DNA of 64,000 nt from Anaeromyxobacteraceae bacterium (GTDB taxonomy: Bacteria; Myxococcota; Myxococcia; Myxococcales; Anaeromyxobacteraceae), in the NCBI GenBank assembly GCA_047602405.1, contig JASGHJ010000002.1, forward strand, positions 1,792,001 through 1,856,000. The letters run 5' to 3'. A program made the translations under genes and the position numbers. This document shows, in pieces, positions 47,901 to 56,682 of this stretch (its first letter is position 1; each line of letters begins with the position of its first letter). The notes under the pieces were generated by a model. That model saw only the letters and a list, made by a program, of their open reading frames with translations. It was not told where the DNA came from and searched no databases.

Positions 47901-48542
47901 GCCTGCAGCGCGGCGTCGGCGAGGGGCTCGTCCGCGTCGAGCTCGACCCTGATCTCGGTCCCGCCCGTGGCTGCGGCGAGGTCGGCCTCCGCGAGCGGGT
48001 TCGCCGGCCCGGGCAGGTACCTGACCCGGGCCGTGGTCAGGCCGGGCGGGGTGCGATTCGTAGGTCACGCTGCCGAGCGCGACCCCGAGGTTCTCGGCGC
48101 CCGTGGCGCCGACGAGGCTCGCGCTGACGGCGTACGTGCCCTCCGGCTCGGGGGTGCCGCCCTGACCGAAGCGGCGCCCGAGGACGTACCTCCGGCCGCT
48201 GGCGCTCACGACCTCGAGCGGGATGGAAGTCGTCCCGAGCGTCGCGACCACCTGGGGCGGCCCCGCGAGGTCGGCGGTGGCCTCGAGCTCGACCGTGAGG
48301 ATCCCTTGCGCCGCGAGGAGCGCGGGCTGGACCCGCGTCGAGGCCGCGACGAGCCCCGGGGCCGGGTCGCCGGCGCGCTCGGTCGAGACGCAGCGCTGGA
48401 TGGAGGAGCGGCACGTGAACCCCGACGGGCAATCCGCGTTGCGCTCGCACGTGACGAGGGCGCCGGGGTCGACCTCGAGCTTCGGGCTGCAGGCGAGGAG
48501 TAGCGCGGCGATGGCGACCAGACCCGCGAGCTGGGCTCTCAT
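44939..48542 (-). CDS. Large surface lipoprotein with Cys-rich, Ig-like and Kelch-repeat domains (frameshift at ~48057)
   Basis: LLAC lipobox, CERNADCPSGFTC, DAAGNAS motifs, about 11 P.R..(H)AM.YD...LFGG...W.WDG repeats. Confidence 0.82.
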
Positions 48543-48608
48543 GCGGGCGAGTGTACGGCAGGCCGCCCCCGGGGCGGGTGGCCCCCGGCAGGGTCCTCAG
48601 ATGACCAC

Positions 48609-50768
48609 TCAGAAGGGCACCCCGTCGTCCTCGTCGGGCCCGGGCGCGTCCGGCGCGGCCGGCCCGGGCTCCCCGAAGAGCGCCGGGATGACCCGGGGAT
48701 CGTGCCCGAGCACGGGGACCTCGGGCGCGCCGTCGAGCGCGGGCAGGTCCGCGCCCTCGTCGAGCTGCCAGCGCTCGAAGAGCGGCGGCTCGGCCGGGAG
48801 CTCCTCGAGGAACCGGGAGGCCTTCATGACGACGCGCTCGCGGTCGCGCGGCGCGGCGACGACCGGATACGTGAGGTAGAGCTCGTCGCGGGCCCGGGTG
48901 CAGGCGACGTAGAAGAGCCGGCGCTCCTCCTCCTCGCCCTCGAGGTCGCGCAGCGCCTGCGAGGACGGGAAGCGCCCGTCGGCGAGCCACACCAGGAAGA
49001 CGGCCCGCCACTCGAGCCCCTTCGCCTGGTGCACCGACGAGAGCACCATCTTCTCGTCCGGCTCGGAGCCTTCCGAGACCGTCTCTGCGCTGAGCTCGGT
49101 GAGGAGCGCGATCTCGGAGAGGAACGCGTCCATGTCCTGGTACGAGCGCGCGAACTCGGCGAGCTGCCGGACGTCCTCGATGCGCGAGTCGGCGTTCAGG
49201 AACTCGGCCTTGAGGAACTCCTCGTAGCCGTCGTCGAGCACCCGCTCGATGGACTCGCCGGGGAGGTCGCAGAGGGGCTTCCGCGACAGCCGCTCGAGGA
49301 GCTCCGCGAGCCGCGCGTAGCCCGCCCGGCCCTTCGCGGGCACGTGGCAGGCGACGTCCTTCGCGGTCAGCTCCTCGACCCTCCCCTGCCCCGTCCGCCG
49401 CCGGCCCGCGAAGGCGTGCCAGACGGCCTCGGCGGTGGCGGAGCCCACGCCCGGCGCGAGCCGCATGCACCGCTTGAAGGCGAGCTCGTCGCCCGGGTTG
49501 CGCGCGAAGCGCAGGTGGGCGAGCACGTCCTTCACGTGCGCCGCCTCGAAGAAGCGCACGCCGCTGCGGACGACGAACGGGATGCCCCGCCGCGCGAGCT
49601 CGAACTGGATCTCCATCGCGTGGTGGTGGGCCCGGTAGAGCACCGCGATCTCGGGCAGCGGGATGCCCTCGTCCCTGAGCTCGAGCACCCGCTGCGCCAC
49701 GAAGGCGGCCTGCTGCTGCACGTCGCGGCAGGGCACGACCGCCGGGAGGGTGCCGTCCTTGCGAACCGCGCTGAGCTCCTTCTCGAACTGCCGGACGTTC
49801 GCCGCGATCGAGGCGTTCGCGAGCGAGAGGATCTGCGGCGTGGAGCGGTAGTTGACGGTGAGGTCGAAGCGCCGCGCGTCCGGGTAGCGCTTCTCGAACT
49901 CGAGGATGTTCTCGAAGTGGGCGCCGCGGAACGAGTAGATGCTCTGCGCGTCGTCGCCGACCACGCAGAGGTTCCGGTGCCCGGCCGCGATGAGGTCGAC
50001 GACGTCGCCCTGCAGCCGGTTCGTGTCCTGGTACTCGTCCACGAGCACGTGCTGCCAGCGGGCCTGGAGCGCCTTGCGCACCGGCTCCTTCTCGGCGAGC
50101 AGGATCTTCCAGTTGAGGAGCAGGTCGTCGAAGTCCATCGCGTTCATCCCGTGCTTGCGCTCGTGGTAGCGCCGGGCGACGCGGAGGAGGTCGTCGGTCT
50201 GGGGGGCGAACTGCGGGCGGCGGACGGCGACGAGGTCGGCGAGCGGGGTCTGCGTGTTGATGGCCATCGACACGAGGTCGAGGACGACGTCGGCCTTCGG
50301 GAACCGGCGGGCGCCCACCGCGAGGCCGCAGTCGGCGATGGCGGCGCTCATGAGGTCGCGCGCGTCCTCCCGGTCCAGGATGGAGTAGCCGGGGCGGTAG
50401 CCGAGCTGGGCGCCGTGCTCGCGCAGCACCTGGTGGGCGACGTGGTGGAACGTGCCGCCGGTGAGGCGGCGGGCGTCCACACTGCCTCTCGAAGCACCGC
50501 ACAGCTCCTCGACGCGGCCGAGCATCTCGCGCGCGGCCTTGTTGGTGAACGTGAGGAGGAGGATCGCCTCCGGCTGGACGCCCTCCGCGAGGAGCCGGGC
50601 GACGCGCCAGGTGAGCGTGCGCGTCTTGCCGGAGCCCGCGCCGGCCACGACGAGGATCGGGCCGCCGCCCGCCTCGACCACGGCGATCTGCTGCTCGTTG
50701 AGCAGGCCCACGTAGTTGAGGGCGCGGGCGGGGACCGCGGCGGGCTTGAGCTGGTAGCGACGGGACAT
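48609..50768 (-). CDS. UvrD/PcrA-family ATP-dependent DNA helicase
   Basis: AGAGSGKT, TFTNKAAREM, VDEYQD, GDDAQSIYSFRGA, NYRS, HQAKGLEW, EERRLFYVA. Confidence 0.95.
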   Translation of the reverse strand: MSRRYQLKPAAVPARALNYVGLLNEQQIAVVEAGGGPILVVAGAGSGKTRTLTWRVARLLAEGVQPEAILLLTFTNKAAREMLGRVEELCGASRGSVDARRLTGGTFHHVAHQVLREHGAQLGYRPGYSILDREDARDLMSAAIADCGLAVGARRFPKADVVLDLVSMAINTQTPLADLVAVRRPQFAPQTDDLLRVARRYHERKHGMNAMDFDDLLLNWKILLAEKEPVRKALQARWQHVLVDEYQDTNRLQGDVVDLIAAGHRNLCVVGDDAQSIYSFRGAHFENILEFEKRYPDARRFDLTVNYRSTPQILSLANASIAANVRQFEKELSAVRKDGTLPAVVPCRDVQQQAAFVAQRVLELRDEGIPLPEIAVLYRAHHHAMEIQFELARRGIPFVVRSGVRFFEAAHVKDVLAHLRFARNPGDELAFKRCMRLAPGVGSATAEAVWHAFAGRRRTGQGRVEELTAKDVACHVPAKGRAGYARLAELLERLSRKPLCDLPGESIERVLDDGYEEFLKAEFLNADSRIEDVRQLAEFARSYQDMDAFLSEIALLTELSAETVSEGSEPDEKMVLSSVHQAKGLEWRAVFLVWLADGRFPSSQALRDLEGEEEERRLFYVACTRARDELYLTYPVVAAPRDRERVVMKASRFLEELPAEPPLFERWQLDEGADLPALDGAPEVPVLGHDPRVIPALFGEPGPAAPDAPGPDEDDGVPF

Positions 50769-50863
50769 ACGTTCAGGAGCGTCCACCCTACCAGCGACCT
50801 CCGACACCGCCGCTCCGACGGCAGCACCCCGGGAGTCCCGACTCGGTGGTACACCTCGCGGCC

Positions 50864-51364
50864 ATGGGAAAGTCCGGCGGCCTCATCCTGCTCGCCCTCG
50901 GCGGGCTCGTCGCCTCGCTCGCGGGCCAGACGACCTGGTCCACCTGGCAGAACCTCTCCGCGGGCCCCGTCGCCGCGACCGTCGCCTCGGCGCCGGCGGA
51001 GCGGTGGATCACGCTCGAGGACGCGGCGGTGCGCTGCGACACCCGCCGGACCGCCGGGCGCTCGGCGTTCTACGAGGCGTCCCCCAGGGCGGGCGGCGAG
51101 GTCTTCCTCGTGCAGGCGGCCGAGGACCAGCCGTGCGAGGGGCTGGTGCTCCAGGGCGGCTTCGGCCGCGACCGGCTGACGGCGGAGAACATCCGCTCCC
51201 GGCTCGGCGTCGAGCCGCCGAAGCAGGGCGACGCGCGGGTCTTCAACGTGCTCGGTCCCGACTTCATGAAGCGCGCGCTCTACGTCGCCGGCCCGATGTT
51301 CCTGCTCGGGCTCGCGACGATCGCGCTCGGCCTGCGCCGGTACCGCGCGGCGCAGCGTCAATAG
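50864..51364 (+). CDS. Hypothetical membrane protein
   Basis: N- and C-terminal TM segments, Cys pair. Confidence 0.65.
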   Translation: MGKSGGLILLALGGLVASLAGQTTWSTWQNLSAGPVAATVASAPAERWITLEDAAVRCDTRRTAGRSAFYEASPRAGGEVFLVQAAEDQPCEGLVLQGGFGRDRLTAENIRSRLGVEPPKQGDARVFNVLGPDFMKRALYVAGPMFLLGLATIALGLRRYRAAQRQ

Positions 51365-53004
51365 TCGGCGTACACCGTGGCGTTGCCGGCGATCCCCACC
51401 GGCGGGCTCTGGCCGGAGATTGGCACGCGCGCGAGCGCCGCGAGCCTCAGCCCCACGTGCGGGTTGAAGGCGATCGCGCTGCCGAGCGAGAGCCCCGCCT
51501 CGTCCTGGAACAGCCCCAGCGACGACTCGTGCGAGTACGTCGCGCGGGCGGTGAGCCGGAGCGCCTCGCCCGCCCTCCAGCCGACCTGCGTGTAGGCGCT
51601 CCGGCCGTCGAGCCACCCGCGCTCCTCGAGGTAGCCGAGCACGAGATCGATCCGGTTCCCGAGCAGGCGCAGCGCGGAGAGCTCCGGGCCCACCCACGCC
51701 CGGTTCAGCTTCGAGTCGGTGTCGCGGGACGCGCCGCCCACGACCGCGAGGCGCAGGTACCGCCAGGCGTCGAACGAGACGAAGCCGTCGGCGGCGTCGC
51801 CGCGGCCCGGGTAGACCGAGGGCTCGAGCAGGCGGTCCGGCCACGCGAGCGCCTGGCGGCGCGCGCCCAGCCCGACGAGGAGGCTCTGGAACGGGTGCAG
51901 CGTGACGTCCACGCGGGCGAGGTCGAGCTTGCCGGGCGCGGAGACCTGCCCGCCGGCGCCGAGGCGCGCCTCCGCGTTGACGTCGACCGCCTTCGCCCAC
52001 GCCCGCGCGCCCAGGTCCACCTCGACGCGCGAGCCGAGCTCCGGCGACTTCACGAACGCGAGGCGCCCGTCGGTGGCGACCTGCACGCCGCTCGCGAACA
52101 CCTTGCCGATCGACCACGTCCCGCCCGCGGTCACCCGCTCGGTGCCGGGGGTGAGCGTGTCCGGCGCCGGCAGCGCGCCGGCGTAGAGGCCGAGGCGGGC
52201 CGGGCCGGTGTCGAACCGCGCCGACACGCCGTCCACCACCGTCGCGCCCAGGGCGCCGAAGGACCGCAGGCGGCCGGCCGAGAAGGTCGCGAAGGAGATC
52301 GGCGCGTTCACCTGCGCCTGCCAGACGTGGATGCGGGTGGCGGGCCCCTCCCCGAGGTCGTGCGAGTCGGGCACCCACCGCTCGGCGCGCGCGTCGAGGT
52401 CGAGCGTGAAGCGGCCGCCGACCGGGACGCCGTGGAGCATGACGTCGACGCGCGCGGCCTCGCGGTCCTGCCCCGGGCCGGTGGACGTCCAGGCCCAGGC
52501 AGAGAGCCCGAGCTCCGCGTTCCGGGCGGTGGGGCCGGCCGGCCGCGGGCCGGTCGCCTTGAAGACGACCTGCGGCAGCGGGGGCGCCGCCGCGACGAAC
52601 GAGGCCCGGCGCGCGAGCTCGTCGTCCTCGACCAGCGGCTCGAGCGTCTTCACCTCGCCGCCGGCCGGAGCGCCGGCCTGGAAGTATGCGTCGTCGCCCT
52701 TCCTGAGCCCGGCGACCGCGCACGAGGCGTTGTGATCTCCCACCTGGTCGACGGTGCAGCGCCCGACCACCTCGGCGCGGCGCTTGAAGGTGACCTGCTC
52801 GCCGAGCGACAGGCCGTCCACCGCGCCCGCGTCGAGGTAGGCGCGCGTGGCGGACAGGTAGACGACGTCGGCGGTGCCCGCCCTGTGGCTGGCGCGGCGC
52901 GGGCCGCCCTCCTCGAGCGGCGAGGCGCGCAGCACGACCGCCGGCGGGCGGGCGCCGGGCGCGAGGGCGACGAGAACGGCGAGGGCGAGGCCGAGGGTCT
53001 CCAT
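51358..53004 (-). CDS. Predicted outer-membrane beta-barrel protein of the cytochrome operon
   Basis: Signal peptide, N-terminal AYLDAG..DGL..G domain, long run of amphipathic beta-strands, C-terminal aromatic (NATVYADY). Confidence 0.75.
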   Translation of the reverse strand: METLGLALAVLVALAPGARPPAVVLRASPLEEGGPRRASHRAGTADVVYLSATRAYLDAGAVDGLSLGEQVTFKRRAEVVGRCTVDQVGDHNASCAVAGLRKGDDAYFQAGAPAGGEVKTLEPLVEDDELARRASFVAAAPPLPQVVFKATGPRPAGPTARNAELGLSAWAWTSTGPGQDREAARVDVMLHGVPVGGRFTLDLDARAERWVPDSHDLGEGPATRIHVWQAQVNAPISFATFSAGRLRSFGALGATVVDGVSARFDTGPARLGLYAGALPAPDTLTPGTERVTAGGTWSIGKVFASGVQVATDGRLAFVKSPELGSRVEVDLGARAWAKAVDVNAEARLGAGGQVSAPGKLDLARVDVTLHPFQSLLVGLGARRQALAWPDRLLEPSVYPGRGDAADGFVSFDAWRYLRLAVVGGASRDTDSKLNRAWVGPELSALRLLGNRIDLVLGYLEERGWLDGRSAYTQVGWRAGEALRLTARATYSHESSLGLFQDEAGLSLGSAIAFNPHVGLRLAALARVPISGQSPPVGIAGNATVYADY

Positions 53005-53007
53005 CCG

Positions 53008-53847
53008 TCAGTCTCCGTTGCCGGCCGGGTGGCACCGCAGGCAGGCGGCCGTCGCGTACTCGTAGCCCTGCCTGCCCGCGTGCTGCCGATCCATCTCGCT
53101 CCGCGAGTGGCAGCCGGAGCAGTCCTTCACCGAGAAGTCCGCGGCCCAGGGCCGGTCGGAGCGGAGCGAGGGATGGCAGGTGAGGCAGTTCCCGCCCCTC
53201 GCCGGGCCGTGCTTCCCCGACGCGATCCCGAACGGCTGGTGCGCCGACACCCGGTCCACCTGCCCTTCGCCGTGGCAGCGCACGCACTGCATCGAGCCGA
53301 AGGCGTACCCCGTCGTCGGGTCGGGCTTCACGAGCACGTGGGCGGACGCCATCGCCGGCTGCTCGTGGCCGTGGCAGCCGGCGCACCCGAGCACCTTCCG
53401 GTCCGTCGGCTGCACGTGGCAGTCGGCGCACCTCGCCGTGGCGTGCTTCGTCGCGGCGCCGATCGGGAAGTACTTCTGCGTGTGCACCGCCGGGTCGATG
53501 CCCGAGGCGGTCCCGTCGGAGTGGCAGAGCTTGCAGCCCTGGCTCGGCACGGACCGGTCCGCGGCCGAGAAATCCGGGAAGCCCGCCTGGCCCACGTGCT
53601 TCGCCTGGAGGTTCGCCGCGTCGGCCGCGGTGCCCGCGTGGCACGTCACGCAGTCGAACCTGCGGAACGTCTCGTAGGAGCCGTGGCACTCCTCGCACGA
53701 GACGCCGGCGTGGTTGCTCGCGGCCTCGATGGGGAAGTAACTCGCCCCGTGCGAGTCGCGCGACGGCATGGTGAGCCAGGGGGCGTTCCCCCCGTTGCAC
53801 GCCGCGAGCAGCGCCACGGCCGTGAGCGCGGAGAGGCGGGCCCTCAC
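53008..53847 (-). CDS. Nonaheme c-type cytochrome lipoprotein
   Basis: LAAC lipobox; 9 CXXCH (CEECH, CVTCH, CKLCH, CADCH, CAGCH, CVRCH, CLTCH, CSGCH, CLRCH); GTGA overlap. Confidence 0.9.
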   Translation of the reverse strand: MRARLSALTAVALLAACNGGNAPWLTMPSRDSHGASYFPIEAASNHAGVSCEECHGSYETFRRFDCVTCHAGTAADAANLQAKHVGQAGFPDFSAADRSVPSQGCKLCHSDGTASGIDPAVHTQKYFPIGAATKHATARCADCHVQPTDRKVLGCAGCHGHEQPAMASAHVLVKPDPTTGYAFGSMQCVRCHGEGQVDRVSAHQPFGIASGKHGPARGGNCLTCHPSLRSDRPWAADFSVKDCSGCHSRSEMDRQHAGRQGYEYATAACLRCHPAGNGD

Positions 53848-56682
53848 CTGCGCACCCCGCGCGACCCGCTCGCGGGCAGGCGCAGCCCGGCGCCGCCGGT
53901 GGAGAACTTGTGGCACTCGTAGCACTTGCGCTCCGTGCACGAGAAGCCGGCCACCTGCTCGTGCTCGGCGCAGGAGTGGCACGACTGGCACTTCGTCGTG
54001 TCGGTGAGGCAGGTGAGCGGCTTCGTGACGTCGACGCCCGGTGGGACGGACGCGTGGCAGTCGCGGCACCTCACGCCCGCGTGGCGGCCGCGCGAGAATC
54101 TCGAAGCAGGCGTCGTGGCCCGCGAGGCCCGAGGGCGAGAAGCCCCACGTCGAGTGGCACCGCTGGCAGGCGGTCGGGAACCCCGCGACCGCGTGGTCGA
54201 CGAGCGCCCCGCCGGCCTTCGCCCGGTCGAACTCGGCCTGGTGACACCCGAGGCACTCCCGCGTCGCGCGGGTGAACCCGAGGTCGCGGCGGTTCGCGTG
54301 GCACTGGTCGCACGCGGTGAAGGCGTGCTTGCCGGTGAGCGGGAAGTCGCTGCGCCGGTGCGCGTCGGCGTCGAAGCGGGTCGCGCGCCAGGAGGTGGCG
54401 TCGTGGCAGCGCTCGCAGCGCCCGCCGAGGCGGCCGGCGTGGACGTCGGCGTGGCAGGCCGCGCAGGCGCGCGGCACCGGCGCCTTGAAGGTGCGGTCCA
54501 CGTGGCAGCCGCCGCAGGCCGCGCGCTGGTGCGCGCCCTCGAGCGGGAAGCCGGTGCGGGCGTGGTCGAAGCCCTGGGCCTGCCAGCTCGCGGTCGAGTG
54601 GCAGGAGGCGCAGACGGTCTCGGTGGAGGCCGGCGCGGCGTCGGCCCGGGCGGTGCGGACCGACAGGTCGGGCGCGGGCGACGGGCGCGCGCCCCTCGCT
54701 GCCTGGGCGGAGCCCGCCGGCGCGGGCGCGGCCGCGCCGGGCGCCTGCATCGACGCGGGGAGCGAGAAGCCGCGGAACGCCCCCTTGTGGAAGTCGTCGT
54801 GGCAGGCCTGACAGGCGACCGGCACGGGCTTGTACCGGCGCGTCTCGACGCCGGCGACCTTCACGAGCCCGTGGCACCTCGCGCACTCGACCTTCTCGTG
54901 CTTGCCGTCGAGCACGAAGCGCGAGAACTGGGCCGTGTGCCGGAACTTGAGGTTCGGGTCCTTCCAGCCCGCCGAGACGTGGCAGCGGGCGCAGTCGGTC
55001 TGGCCCTTCACCGCGAGCTGACCCTGGTGGATGTCCGGGTGGCAGCCCGCGCAGGTGATCGGGAGCGGCTTGTACTTGATGGCGCCGTCCGGCCCGGTCT
55101 TGTGGCAGGAGCCGCAGGCCGCGTTCGTGTGCTTGCCGTCGAGCGGGAAGCGCGACTCCTTGTTGTGGTCGAACCGCACCTTCTTGAAGGACTCGAGCAC
55201 GTGGCAGGCCGCGCAGCCGGTGCCCGCGCCGGCGGTCGACGCCGCCGCGGTGAGCCGGGCGTCGAACTGGCCGCCGTGCGGATCGCGGTGGCAGGTGCGG
55301 CAGTCGCCCGCCCTCGGGATCGCGAGGAGCGCCTGGCTCACCTTCAGCGGGCGCTTGCGCCGCGCGAGCTCCTTCTTGATCGCCTCGGGGACCTTGCGCT
55401 CGAGGCGCGGGTCCTTCGGGTGGCAGAGCGCGCACGCCACGGCCTTGTGCGCGCCCTCGAGGCGGTACTCGAGCTTCGCGTGATCGGCGACGTCGAACTT
55501 CACCGGGAGGAAGCCGTTCACCGTGTGGCAGGCCTCGCAGTCCGGGCCGGCGGCCGGCGGGGCCGCGGCGATCACCGGCTGGACCTTGCCCTTCTTGCCC
55601 TTCCGGCCGCCCTCCAGCGACGCGTTCGCCGGCAGCGGCCCCGCGATGGCGAGCCGCGCGAGCTGGCCCTCGTGCGCGTCGAAGTGGCAGTCCGAGCACC
55701 TCCCGAACGCCATGTTCTTGAAGACGGCCTTCTGGCCCGCGAACGGCCCGTGGCACGCCGTGCACTTCACCTCGACGTGCTCGCCGCGCAGCGGGTAGCG
55801 GGTCTTGTCGTGGAACGCGCGCTCGGCGGCGGCGCCGGAGAGCTTCTTCCAGTCGGCCACCGTGTGGCAGCCCGCGCAGCGCTCGCCGAAGCGGCCGACG
55901 TGCGGGTCCTTGTGGCAGTCGGTGCAGTTGCCGAACTGGAGCCCGGTGTACTTCACGAACGCGGCCGCGTTCGCGAAGGCGACCTGGCCCGGCGCCGGCT
56001 TGCGCTGCTCGGGGTCCTGCTCCGGCTTGTGGCACTTCGCGCACTCGACGCGGGCGTGCTTGCCCTCGAGCGGGTACTTCGCCTTCGCGTGGACGAAGCC
56101 CCTCGCGGGCTTCCAGGCGTCCTCGCCGTGGCAGCGCTGGCAGTCGTTGCCGAGCTGGCCGCGGTGCTCGTCGGCGTGGCAGGCCGCGCAGGCGGCGGGC
56201 GCGCCGAGCCAGCTCTTCTTGCCGGGGTGCTTCTCGAGGAGCGCGAGCACGCCTGCGTCGGCGACGAGCCGGTGGTCGTGGCACTTCTCGCAGTCGGCCC
56301 GCCGGTGCCTCCCGCGCAGCTCGTAGCCGGTCCGGGCGTGGTCGAACCCCTTCCGGCCCTCCTTGCCCCAGTCGACGAGGGCGAAGTCGCGGCCCTGGTG
56401 CTCGTGGTGGCACTTCTCGCAGGCCTCGCCCGGCGGGAGCTTGCCGTGGAGCCCCTTGCCCCGGCCCATGAGCGCCTTCACCTCGCCGTGGCAGGCGAGG
56501 CACGCCTCCGGCGTGAGCTGCTTCCCGGCGGTGTGGCACTTCGTGCAGTTCTGGAGCCCCTCGTAGGCGGCGTGGGCCTTCGCGAGCTCGCCGGGCGAGA
56601 ACAGGTCGGCGCGCGCGGCGGCGGGAGCGGCGAGCGCGAGGGCGGCGGCGAGCGCCGCGGCGGATCGGCGGAGGAGGTTCAT
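53844..56682 (-). CDS. Exported ~945-aa multiheme cytochrome c with 30 CXXCH motifs (frameshift at ~54098)
   Basis: Signal peptide ending ARA; 27 CXXCH before and 3 after GAATC 54096-54100; ATGA overlap with the upstream gene. Confidence 0.9.
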
